A stretch of 34,281 nt of DNA, taken from positions 124,001 through 158,281 of the forward strand of contig JBPGPT010000036.1 of the NCBI GenBank assembly GCA_051047955.1. The letters are read 5' to 3'. Shown piece by piece: positions 15,370 to 27,372 of the stretch. A model generated the notes under the pieces. That model was not told where the DNA came from. It saw only the letters and a program-made list of their open reading frames with translations, and did no database searches. The number at the start of each line of letters is the position of its first letter. Positions within the stretch are counted from its first letter, which is position 1. The position numbers were made by a program, and so were the translations under genes. This stretch comes from Cystobasidiomycetes sp. EMM_F5 (Eukaryota).

Positions 15370-15679
15370 CTCTCAACCAGAGGACAGTGTAACAATATAC
15401 ATTACATCAACACTAGATCTGTAGCCGTAGCCGTAATCCAATGCGGAAAGCGCATGTTTCGGTGTATACTAGTCTAGATATCTGCATCACACGGGGAACA
15501 TTGTCATGATTTGAAGCAGCAGAGAAATAAACCCTTGATTGACTTGGATTTCTGCATTTGCTCGTAGACGGATTCTCCGCCCACGTCACTGACGCCAACT
15601 GACCCCCATACTTACGAAAGGCGACTAACCTACTAACGCTTCTATTTGCATCCTTCCCTCAATCTCTCAAATACACACG

Positions 15680-16735
15680 ATGGTCTTTGAGCCGCGCTGT
15701 GTGCTCGTCACCGGGGCAACGTCTGAAGGAATCGGGAGATCTCTGGCTTTTGCGCTGGCGGACCTCAGTTCAGTTTCCCAGGTCATCATTACTGGAAGGC
15801 GTCAAAATAAGCTGGACGAGGTGTCGTCTATGCCGCAAGCGCGCGGTAAACTAGTTGGCAGACGGCTCGACCAGTTTGAAAGCCCCGAGAAATTGTCTGT
15901 CTGGGCAAGCGACCTGGCTTCAGAATATTCTCTCGACTTGGTCATCCTCAATGCCGGTATGCAGCTGACGACCGCTTGGAATCAAGTCGACAGGCTAGAC
16001 TTTGAAAAGGTAGCTTCGTATGCCCGTCTGAGGTACAATTACCCGCATTCTGCTAATTGATACCCGTGTCGACAGATCCAACAAGAAGTTTATCTAAACT
16101 ACACCTCCCAGGTTGCGCTGTGTGCGGGCTTCGTCCCACACCTTACGGAAATTGCCAAGCAAGGTGGGACACCCAGGCTGGTGACAGTCACATCTGGACT
16201 GGCATGCGTACCCAACTTTAACACATCCAAGTGAGTACCACGCATAGACAGCCTCGCTGCGCCAGCAAACCTAGCAGAGGCTGAGCATACGTCACTTCAT
16301 CTGCGCGCACGAACTTTAACGCCCTGTCGTAGCTATGGAGCTACAAAGGCAGCTCTGCACTCAGCTACCCTGACGATGCGAGCCGGACTGGCAGCAGCGG
16401 GCATTAAGGTCATCGAATTGGCACCGCCCTTGGTCGAATCTCAGTTGCACGATGAGCAAGGCACGACGAGTACTCTCAGCAAGTTCTGGATGCCTCTGGA
16501 TGAATTTACAAGAGCAGTGATGGACGGCTTCCAGTGAGTCTCCGAAGCTGATGGCTATTAGAGATGTGGTTGCAAATGAGGAAAGGCTGACTGTTGACAT
16601 CGCGGTGTGCCCCCAAGATCCGAGCTGGACGAGATTACCGTTGGCACGAGCAAGGACCTTTACGCGACTCACGAGCACGGCAAGCAGGATAAAGTCAACC
16701 AGATAATGGCTAGGATGACGGGCAGCAAGCCGTAG
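15680..16735 (+). CDS. Classical short-chain dehydrogenase/reductase (SDR), 4 exons
   Basis: TGATSEGIG Rossmann motif, ILNAGMQ, VTVTSGLA, catalytic N|YGATK across intron 16231-16332, and KVIELAPPLV. Stop TAG at 16733-16735. Confidence 0.9.
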
Positions 16736-17000
16736 GGTGGATGTAGCTATTGATGCCGCATTTTCTGGGCAAATTGTGCTGGTAAGGCGGTCATTCTTCT
16801 CGAGCGGGAATACGGAAAGGATACGCAATCCCCGTCGCATAGGTAAAATCGTCGTTGATGTCCAGTTGTTTTAGAGGAAGGATCATTTTGAGATTCTTTC
16901 TATCTTTGCCGTTTTGACGATTGCCATCTGGCTTTGACGGACTCCAGCCAGCGATATCGCAACTTGACGCCCCGACTGCCGCACACTGAACTCTGCAGCC

Positions 17001-17854
17001 ATGTCCGGGAGAGAAAAGAAGACGCTCGTACCGCCAATCAAGTGCGTCGATGTCGTCCAGAAGTGCCGCCAGCTGCTGAATGGCTGTTATTCTTTTCCAT
17101 CGACCAGCGTTATCTTCAATTACCTCCAGTCTGGCCAGCGAGTAACAGTCTGGCTGTACGATGTGCGTTATCGCGGCCTCGTTGCAAGAATGGCCCGCGT
17201 TGTTGGACGGCCATGCCATTTTTTGGGCAAAGCTGACAGCCAAACGCTTCCACAGGTCTTGGATTTCAAGCTCGAGGGAAAGATTATCGTGGGTCCACGC
17301 TGCGAAGGGTGCGGCTTCTGTCTGACAAGGCGCTAACTGTCTGAATCCTCGCCGTTGCCATTCTTCACTCGGTATATCCTGAAAACGGCTATCTCAACGC
17401 TGCAATACATTACGTGACAGGGCTTTGACGAGTTCATGAACGTCGTCATGGACGACGCCGAAGAAATCTGGGTAAAGCAGAGCAAAGGCGGGAAAGCGAG
17501 CGATGCAACATCGGAGTCGACAAAGCGAAAGCGGGAGTACGGTGACAGGACCACTCTAGGTGAGTATAGATGGAGGTCGTCATCCGGTTGTGATGATCTG
17601 GAGTGTTATTCTGCCAGCTCACCTGGCGGCTCATCATGCTAACACGTTTGCTTTGTTCTACTTTCTGTCGCAGGTCGGTTACTGCTCAAAGGCGAGGTAA
17701 ATGAGTCATGCAGCTACATTTGAGAGACAGCAGAGAGAACACCGTACTAATATTACAATCTCGCATCACTCAGAATATCACCCTCATACAGCCAGCCCAA
17801 AAGATTGCACAACGAGCGAGCGGTGCGGCCTTCTCGACGCAAATGGAGGATTAA
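17001..17854 (+). CDS. SME1: Spliceosomal Sm core protein E, 6 exons
   Basis: Spliced protein MSGREKKTLVPPI|NVIFNYLQ...VTVWLYD|VLDFKLEGKII|GFDEFMNVVMDDAEE...LG|RLLLKGE|NITLIQP contains the Sm1 and Sm2 motifs typical of SmE. Confidence 0.93.
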
Positions 17855-18050
17855 TCGGAGAGCAAAACTCTCGGGTGACCTTGGCAGTCTTGTTGTATAC
17901 TCCTGTAGCTCTCAATACCCCTTGCTGCGCCTGCAACAGCAAAAGCAGCTTCGATTTTAAAAAGCGTTTGTTGCCTAGTGACGCTAGTTTGACCGAATCA
18001 CAGGTTCTTTGATGTAGTCTGTCGCCGATCTATGGCGTAGGCGCGATGTG

Positions 18051-19075
18051 TCATGTACGACCAGCATCCGCTAGGCAGCGCTGAATATCACGCCAGTTCT
18101 GTGCTAGATCTTGCGTCTGTGACTGTGGTTCATACTGATCCTGGTGACCGACCGCAGAAGATGTACGTTTTGTCAATTCGAACTTGTCCATCTGCAGATA
18201 ATTCCAAAGACTTAGCATTGTGTGCGGCTGGCTAGCCAGAACGGCCATCGCATGCTCACAGCGTTGTTTAGGGACGACAGCCGGGGTATCCCCCTTGATG
18301 GCGCGCTCTTCTTGAGCAGAACCTGAGAGAGTTGCTCGCCCACTTCCTCGCTGTCCGTATCGCTGGCTGGACTGGAGTCTCTGGGATGGCGAGATGCAAA
18401 GGAGGCACGGCGAGTGTCGGTCTTAGTAATAGCATCAAAGGCTCGACTAGACTGACAGATTGGGATTGGATATTGATCAGAACGAGCACCATACCATCAT
18501 AGAAGCCACCTTACCTCGCTTGAAGCTGTTAGAGGGATAGGCGACATGGGCGGCGTCGGCGGGGTCGCTACGGGCACAGTCGTCTGCACTTGGGACCGTT
18601 TCCGCTTTCTGTTGGCTACGAGTGCGCGGTAGCTGGCGAGGTGGTGCTGCTGTTGCTCGAGTAGCGTCTCTACGTTGTTTCTGAAATGCTCGTCCTGCTC
18701 GCTCGTTGCTGCGGCAAACCTGCACGACGGCGAGCGGCACTTTGACGACTTCCACGTCGTGGAGCCTCTCCGACTTGCTCTCCAGCCGCTGAGCGTTTCG
18801 AGCATTCTGTAGCCTGGTTCTGAGGATCTTGCCCCAGCGAGGTTGTTTGATACAAAGTCTGCAAAGACGGAGCGGGCTACGGCCTCGCACTGAATGATGG
18901 CCGCAACGCTGTCTGGCTCGTCGTCGTAGTCCGCCTGGCACTCGCAGGGCTGCTCGTCGTTTTCGTCGTCAAAGACGGGCTCAAAAGAGGCTGGATCCAG
19001 CGGTGCGAGCCTGGCGCGACGACGAGGAGTGCTGGGTGCAGCAGCCATCCCGCTGACAGTGTTCATGATTCCCAT
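18051..19075 (-). CDS. Hypothetical protein, 3 exons
   Basis: The 192-aa ORF splices (GAG|gtaagg ... cag) into an open middle exon and then (GCT|gtgagc ... ctgcag) into MDKFELTK...DAGRT*. No recognisable domain. Confidence 0.6.
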
Positions 19076-19279
19076 GGTTGTGGTTGGATCATCAGCTCAT
19101 GGTCTGGGTTGGTCGGAGCAAAGCAGAGACGGTCTCCAAGAACGCCAAAGAGATTCCCCGCAATACGCATCGACTTTACCAATTCATTGCCAGACGACGT
19201 ACTCCCTAAAGCTACACTGAACTGCACTGCCGAGGCCAACGTGGCTTGCCTGCCCGATAGTCTGCTTGGCGGGCTAAAG

Positions 19280-19930
19280 CTACTCTCCGGTGAGCTTCTT
19301 GACTCGCCGCAACACGCTGTCCTTGGACGGGTCCTACGGGCAGACAGACGTCAGATGTGCACGTTTCATCATCCGAAACAGTCTTCAGACACCGACGCAC
19401 ATACGGATGGTCCTTTGAGGGAATCTCGAGAACGGCGGGGAACGCCTGCGTGTATTGCTCCATCAGCGGGCGTATCCGCTCGGCAATGTGCTGGTTTATG
19501 AGGAGAATGGCAATGTCTGGCCGTTCAGTAAAATCGTTGAAGGCAGCCTCGAGGGTGGATGTGGATGTTTCTGGTTTGGAGTTTGGACAGCAATCAGATT
19601 GAGCGGCATGCTCTCGACCAAGCTGACCAGACTGACTCGAATCGACAACGAGAAAGTTCTTCTTTCCCTTTTCTGATACGTGACCCGTCCCAGCGAGGAG
19701 CAGCCCGGTGATGGTGTCCTGAACGTCCATAAAAACCACGCAACGAAAGCGGGAAAGCGGGAAAGCGAGTCAGTAGAGCTATCCGGATCCAGCAGAAGGA
19801 GCGTCTAGACTGTGTTTGGAGGTTCCCAGCGCTTTTCCAGCCAAACTAGGCCTACCTCGTCGCCAATGCTCGCAATCAGATGACGGTCAGCTCCAGCGGA
19901 CAAGCCAGCTGCGGCTGCCGACGCTGCCAT
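19280..19930 (-). CDS. VMA7: V-type ATPase subunit F
   Basis: Spliced protein [22 protein letters not shown]...NFLVVDS...[21 protein letters not shown]...[32 protein letters not shown]. Confidence 0.96.
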
Positions 19931-20392
19931 GGTTTATGTTGGCTTCAGCGTAGACGGCGAGTCCAATGAGCCGGTCAGCAAAGTGTTGGTGCAGTCTCAA
20001 GCTGCGTCGACGGCAAGGAAATGGCTTGACTTCCGACCAAACGGATGGAAACCTGGCAAAGACTGGATTCTGGGCTCTGAATGGCTCCTATCCTTTCCGG
20101 AATCAACCGCTGACCCCGCTAACCCTAGCTCGAAGCTCCGCTCTCTCTCGTCTTAAGCTTCCGCAATTCCAAAATCCCATATTCGTGTCGTTTCATTGTT
20201 TAATCGCTGGGTCACATACTCGTACTCTCACTCTCACGAATACCGAGAATCTCTCACTTTACGGCGCCAGGCTGTCTCGGCCCTCTGTTCGCAGTCGCGC
20301 ACAATCTCGAGACAAGCTGTGCATGATACATACTTGGTAGCGGGGATATCGAAGGCTGCACGCTCAAGAGTCGCTTTGTAGCGTACGTCATC

Positions 20393-22385
20393 ATGTCACT
20401 CATGCTTCCCTTGACCGGGGAGTCCAAGAAGCGGGTCTGCTACTTCTTTGTCAGTTGATATTATGAGAAATGCTGTCTGGTGCTCCATCTAATCTGATGA
20501 GCTCGCCCGACCCAGGACTCCGACATTGGCAATTATCACTACGGGAACGGGCATCCCATGAAACCGCACCGGATAAAGATGACGCACTCGCTCGTCATGA
20601 AGTGGGCCTGTTCACTTAGAAGCAATTGTTCATTCTGAGACTTGTATTGCTGCAGTTATGGTCTCTACAAGCGAATGGAGATCTTTGTAAATCGACGCTG
20701 TTGGCCAGATTAAGCCACGAGGCTGATATATTTCTACTTAAGAGGGCCAAACCAGCAACCAGAAAAGAGATGGCACAATTTCATACCGATGAGTATGTCG
20801 ATTTCCTGGCTCGAATTACGCCAGACAATATGGACAACTTTGGACGCGAACAAGCAAAGTGTGAGGTATTAGACTTTAGCTGCAAGATCACTCGACTCAC
20901 ATAATGACCCGCTACAGTCAATGTTGGTGATGACTGTCCGGTCTTTGACGGCTTGATGGAATACTGTTCGATCTCAGCTGGAGGCTCTATGGGCGAGCAT
21001 TCTCTATCTGCCTTCGAAAGCACCTGCTTACGATCGTGATTGCGTTTTGCAGAGGGCGCTGCTCGATTGTCCAGAGACAAATGCGACATCGCGATCAATT
21101 GGGCAGGAGGCTTACACCATGCCAAAAAGAGTGAGGCTTCTGGCTTCTGTTTTGTGAACGACATCGTGCTTGGCATATTGGAGCTACTTCGCTACCACCC
21201 TCGAGTCCTGTACATTGATATTGACGTTCATCACGGTGACGGCGTCGAGGAGGCATTCTACACCACGGACCGCGTCATGACTGTAAGCTTCCACAAGTAT
21301 GGCGAGTTCTTCCCCGGTACGGGCGAATTGCGGGTTCGTACTTCCTTTCTGACGGGTTGCCGCATATCGTTCTGACCTGCGTTTGCAAAAGGACATTGGG
21401 GTCGGCAAGGGCAAGTACTACGCTTGTAATGTTCCTCTTCGTGATGGAATTACAGACGAAGCCTACAAGAATGTGTTCGAGCCAGTCATCAGCAAAGTCA
21501 TGGAGTGGTATCGACCAACAGCAATCGTACTACAATGCGGCTCCGATTCCTTATCGGGCGATCGCTTAGGATGCTTTAATCTTACCATGCGGGGTCACGC
21601 AAATTGTGTGCAATTCATTAAGAGCTTCAATCTTCCGACCCTGCTCCTTGGAGGCGGAGGCTATACGATTCGGAACGTCAGCCGCGCATGGGCTTATGAA
21701 ACTGGACTGGCGGCTGGCGTCGAACTTGGCGGGCGTAAGTAGAATATTGGGTGTCGCTAAGCTGGGTCAGACCACTGATCATCCTCGACTTTGCAGAAAT
21801 ACCGCTAAACGAATATTACGATTATTTCGGGCCAACATACCAGCTTGACGTACTGCCCACTAACATGGAGGATCTGAACACGCCAGAATACCTCGACAAA
21901 GTCAAAGCCCAAGCATTTGAGAATTTGCGTCATACTGGCTTTGCTCCTTCAGTCCAGATGCAGCCAATACCAAAGTTAGATCACGATGAGATGGAAGTGG
22001 ACGAAGACCTGGACGATCCGGAGGTTCGCAAGCCACGTGAGTAGATTGAGTCCTTTCTTGTGACATGAATTTGAATTGACGTCTACGTGCATCAGAACGC
22101 CTCCTGGATTCTCTACGCGTCAACGATGCAGAGTTCGAGGAATCCGATGACGAAGAAGATGTCAATCGTTTGCGAGCGGGTGGCAAGCGACCCCGTCTGG
22201 GAGACTCGGACGGCGTGGTACTTGCCGCCGCAATCCCTCCGCCTCTACCGATCGATAAGACTGCCCCTCCATCACCGACAATACCCCATGCGGATATTTC
22301 GTCAAATCAAGATATGGATGCTGCCGCTAATCCTCAAGCAACATCTGACATTGTGCCACCTGTACCACCAATAGCAAACTCGTAG
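20393..22385 (+). CDS. RPD3: Class I histone deacetylase (Rpd3/Clr6 type), 9 exons
   Basis: [84 protein letters not shown] and GGGGYT. Confidence 0.96.
20993..21052 (+). other. Non-canonical GC-AG intron in RPD3
   Basis: The join ATG G|gcgagc...ttttgcag|AG GGC restores the conserved SAGGSMEGAARL. No usable GT donor is present. Confidence 0.85.
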
Positions 22386-22509
22386 TGATATGAAGAGCCT
22401 TCGCACGTTGTGAGGACAAAGCATGCGTGGGTATACAATCACTCTGTTGTGTTTTACAAGTGGATTGCAGCGGTGGTACTAGCATGCAGCGCCGAGTCAC
22501 TCCTGTCAT

Positions 22510-25500
22510 CTACAACGTCTTCTTATCAGCTTGGGCAACTGCAAGCTCCTTACTTTCCAGCAGGCGGCGCCTTTCTCTTCGCTCCACGCCCCTCGTGATG
22601 ACTGCGATCCGAGCAGTATAACAGTCAGTATAGCAGAGTCACGAAAAAAGACGCAGACTTGGCGCACTTGGTTTCGGCGCCGCGTTGGCTAAAAAGCGTT
22701 TGAGCGAAACGTCTATAGCCCAGGCGCTTCCATAGTCTATGACCATACATGCCGTCAACTTCACGCGAAACTGAAGCGAGACCTAAAGAGTCAGCGTTTG
22801 CGGTCTCCATGGCACTTTTGACGTACGCTAAACGTCATCTCCACAAGTTGCAGCCATCTGTTCAGTTCTGGGATGAAGTCGGTCGCCCCGCAGACGGCCA
22901 CACCTGCCACAGACCTGTCCAAGTGACGTCAGCAATTGTTCAATCTATGTTCAAGTAGGTGCGACCCACAAGAGTCCGTAGTAGAGTGTTGGATTCTCAG
23001 ATATCCCTTCTCTGAACGGACGACCTTGAAAGTTGACGGCAAACGTAGAGACTTGCTGTGAAAGAGAGATGAGGTAGATGGCAGTGTTGAGCAGATTAGG
23101 CTTGAAATCAGCCTCCAGATCTACAATATCAGTTCGGCTGAGCAATGCGGCAGGTCAGCTTGCTGTACTCCCACGCGATGTTTGTGCATTAGACCAAAAC
23201 GCAGACTCACGGCTCGACAGCATTGCACAGCCACGTCATGTAGAGCAAAGCGACTATATGTATCGAAAATTGCAGGAGTACCGAAAGAACGATATAGGGG
23301 TTGAAGATGTTGCTCAGTGGCCTCTCTTTCGACAATTTGTCTATCGGCTACGTTCGCAAGCAAAGGTGTCAGCGCCCCCGGTGATGGAACGATATGTAAT
23401 TCACGTACCCGGGCCCGGGAAATGCAGAGAAAGCACTATATAAACAGCAACCGTCAGTCAAGAGCTCTCAGAGAGATAATGGTCTCCGAAACGGCGGTAC
23501 ACGTACAACTGACATCAACATGCTGTTGATAGAAGATATGCGCACATCAGCTGGAGAGTATTCGTTTATTGCAATGACGCCTTCTGACCCTGTTATTGTG
23601 ACTTGGTAATCGCCGAATTTAATGCCGTCTAAGTACTGAACGCTGAGACTGTACGCGGAAATCAGACAGTTGAGAGCCAGGATTTTGTACATTTGCGTGG
23701 TCGCGACGAGCGTGCAACGCCCTTGTCGGATAATATGCGTTACTGAAAGCAATGCAATGGTCAGCGACGGTCACCAGGATTTTGGATGCGCCACTGACTG
23801 GCTGCGACGTTGGCCAACTTCGATGTGAAAGGCGCGGCAACCGATGCATCGCCGAGTTTGATGGTTGGAAGTTCAGTCTCGTCGTCCATTTCGGACAGCT
23901 TGGCTGTCAGGCCAGTGATATCGAACTACGAACAGTCAGCGAATTGCGGACTCTCCAGAACTTTCTCAACAGACACACTTTACTGTAGGGATCTGCCTGT
24001 CTTGCGGAGCTTCCGTTCTCCTTCGCCTTCTTTTGAGCCTCCACGATTTCCGGGTATTGAGCAGCTAGAACTGCAGGTACTGGCGGAGGGGGGCCATTGA
24101 AGCGCTGAGACAAGCGGAGCTGACTTTCATAGACCTTCTTGAATCGTTCTATTTTTTGATGTTCGGCAATAGCCTTCAAATCTTCTTCGGATCCATTCAA
24201 AAGAGCAACGCCGATGTGGGCCTGTTTTAAGGCTCCAACATCGTTGGTTCCGTCACCTGCCATCAAAGTCGTATATCCACATTGCCGCAGAGTAGTGAGG
24301 ATGTACTCTTTCTGCGCAGGGGAAACCCTGGCGTAAACCCAGGTGTGTTGCACTAGTTGCTGCCAAGAGGGAAGGGCGGCGTACTGCTTCAACGCAGCCC
24401 CAGTCATGCATATATCGTAGTCGTCAAGTATCCGCTGATCCAAGGGCTCTTCCGGACGGACAGGGATGACCTTTGAATCATCAACGGTCCGCCATGCCAG
24501 ATCTACAAGCAGATTGTCAGTTGCGTTGTTTGGGTACAGCCTTTGTTTGGCTATTGATGACCAACCCGCTGTATCGGGAGAACCCTCTCTCGAATCGAGT
24601 ATCATCACTTCGCGATCTACGATCTCCACCTCTCGCGCAACGTGAGACGCTGTCAAAGGATTATCCCCAGTAATCATTATGCATCGATGCGAAGACTCGT
24701 TGAGCATTCGCAAAGTCGATACCGCATCAGGCTTTAGTGGACAATGAAAGACGAGGAATCCTGCAAATTGGAGGTGGCTTTCGACATCGTCTCGAGATAG
24801 CTTTGAAATCTGGAAGGCGGACGCTTCAGTCTTATGTCGGAGATAGCCATCGCCACTTCGCAACATTCAAACTCACCTTCTCGGCAGTCACGCTGTCCAT
24901 CCATTTGAAACCCAGTGCCAAAACTCTGCTGCCCCGCTGCGCAAAGTGTTTGTATGCCAGCTCGTAGCCGTCCGGGCACCGATCAAACATTGTTTGAAGA
25001 GTCTCTGGAGCACCTTTGATGGCGACAAAGGTTCTCCGCTTCGCAGTTGGTGCTGTAACCACAGAAGAAACGGTCGACATGCGCTTGAGGGCCGACGAGA
25101 ACTGGAACCGACGTTTGATGTGCACTTGAGGGCTTGAGGATGATGGAACGTGCCCGTTTGTCTGCGCAAGTCCAGGCCTGGTTTTGGTATCGCCTGTCTT
25201 GTCCACTTCCTTTGCGTCTGTGGGTCCGCTTGGATGCACAATGTCGCCTTTACTAAGAGACCACCCCAAGCTGCCCAATGTCGTCTTTTCCATAGGGTCA
25301 CCCACGAGACCGTCCTCTAAGAGAACAAGCGCGTGAGCAGCAGCCAACGTCAGGATAGTATCGATGGCCGTGCTTTCTACTGGCACAAGCTCTGTCATGG
25401 CGTCCGGCCTTAGATTACACGAATGCGGCGTCAGCATGCAAATTTATCTACGCGTAGCGAAAGTCGCGAGCTTACTTCACTCCCGCAACGCCTTCCACGA

Positions 25501-27228
25501 CTAGGTTTTCTCCAGTAATGGTGCCAGTCTTATCAAAGCAGCATATGTCGACTCGACCGGCGAAAGGTATTCGAAATGGCTCCGTGCAAAATATTGCCAA
25601 TTTACTCAAAGCCACCAAAGACCCATTGACCGCAAGAGACAGCTCCATTGGCAGTTCCGGCGGTACTACCGAGGTGATGATAATAACGCAGTCGAGCAGC
25701 AATTTTGTACGTTTCCGATCATTCTCCACTCCCTTGATCCACACATACGCTGATGCGGCGATGGCAAAGACGAGTAAGAAAGCGATAAACAAGAAGCTTT
25801 CGAGGTTATTGGCCGATACGCGTTCCGTACTGAAAATCATGGTGCGTATGAGCTGGCCTTGTGACGTCCCAAAGCCGGTCTTGAGGACTAGCGCAATACA
25901 GCCGTCGTCGGGCGGCAATGGCAGGTGTATGCCGGATTCTGCTGACTTCGTCGACTGAAGGACCTTTGTTCCGCCAAAAAGAATACTGTTCCTGTCTGCG
26001 CCGGCACTGTCAAGCTTCTCTTCGCCAGGTCGCAGCTCAATTGATTCTTTCAGCAGCGGTGTGGATTCACCCGATAACATCGCTTCATTGACGATACAGG
26101 CGCCGCGCAAAAGCACCAAATCACAAGGAAGACCAGATTCGTCCTTGGACCGAACTGCGCTCAATCATAATTCTCAGTGTAGCTCGTCACTACAATACGT
26201 CGTTGTATACTTACCAACAGAGACTAAATCGCCAGGAAGGAGATCATCGGTTTGTATCTCAATCCACTGTCCAACACGGTATGCACGGATTGCGTACGGC
26301 TTGATTGACATTGTGCGGAACTCGTTCAGTGTTCGTTGGCGCTGGAATACTACAGTACACTCGAACATGACAAGCATGAAAAGCGTAAAGATTGAATAGT
26401 ACCAGTACTCGTCGAGGCACCAAAGGCCCACGCAAAATATCTGAAAGACGAAGAATGGAGCTTGCGCATGCTCAGAGAAAAGTTCACGAAAAGTCGGAAT
26501 CGGAATGTCGAAGTGATTTTTGCCGTAATCTAGCTTGCGCCGCTGCACGAGCTCGTCCGATGACAAGCCGACATTCGACTGGTAGTCGGCAATAGTGAGA
26601 TGGTTCTCATCGCACGGATAGGACAAGCGAGTGAAGGCGTTGTCCTTGGCATTGTAAAGGAATTTGTCGCGCTGATAAGAAAACCACACGAGATCTTGCC
26701 TGCCGTCCGACAGCGCTGTTTGGATTAGCGGAGTGATCTCCGCCTGACCGCGATGAGCAGCGGGTACTACTTTGACGAGGCGTGCTTGATCAACGGAAGC
26801 CGCCTGCAAATGACACGTCAGCCTGCGTTGCATTCCAAATTCAGTCTGCATGGTTGCCTCACTCGACGCGCGGTTACTAACGCGCGGAAATTTATCGACC
26901 AGCGAGTCGATAGCCATGAAAGCGCATGCGAACCAAAGAGCAGTACGCATCCGATGAAGGTGTTTGCTTGATCGCCAATGTATTCATCGTATCGCAAAAA
27001 GTACACGTAGGCTGCAGCTGGGTAGAGAATAAGGAACGGGAGAACGTAGATGTGTAGCCAGGTCGGCAGAGGAATGTGCAGCGATATCTCGGATATCTCC
27101 TTCGAGTCCACTATTGGCTGCGACGACCTATTGAGCAATGTTTCGAAACCGAACTCGTCAGCCAAAGGCCGGCATGGCGCAGGCGAGCTATCGACTGACT
27201 TGCGCCGCTCCTGCGTGGTCGAAGACAT
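22510..27228 (-). CDS. SPF1: P5A-type ATPase (ER transmembrane-helix dislocase), multi-exon
   Basis: [16 protein letters not shown], the phosphorylation motif [24 protein letters not shown] and [15 protein letters not shown]. The C-terminal exons splice cleanly to TAG at 22510-22512. Confidence 0.96.
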
Positions 27229-27372
27229 GATCCAGATTCTTTGCAGATTTGGCTGGTCAAAGTCGGCTCAAGGACAACTCGCGAGAATCATTCCGTCCAA
27301 ATTGAAATTCTTGTGGGTTTGCTTTGCAACGATTGACGGCGTCGCTGCTGTCGAAGCGTGGGATACTGCACA
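27229..27372. promoter_or_regulatory. Very short divergent (bidirectional) promoter region between SPF1 and the downstream hypothetical gene
   Basis: Only 144 nt separate the two predicted head-to-head start codons (27228 and 27373). Confidence 0.55.

Noticed and set aside
17289..17420. Stwintron (nested intron) or hidden micro-exon explanation for the long SmE intron
   Set aside because: No internal AG follows the strong branch motif, and the flanking exons already join to give an uninterrupted Sm1 motif.
17590..17640. Box C motif GTGATGA in SmE intron 4 suggesting an intronic C/D snoRNA
   Set aside because: There is no downstream box D (CTGA) within the intron, and the motif is instead paired in a stem with TCATCA.
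20119..20126. CTAACCCT telomere-like motif in the VMA7-RPD3 divergent promoter
   Set aside because: It is a single unit, expected by chance, with no array.
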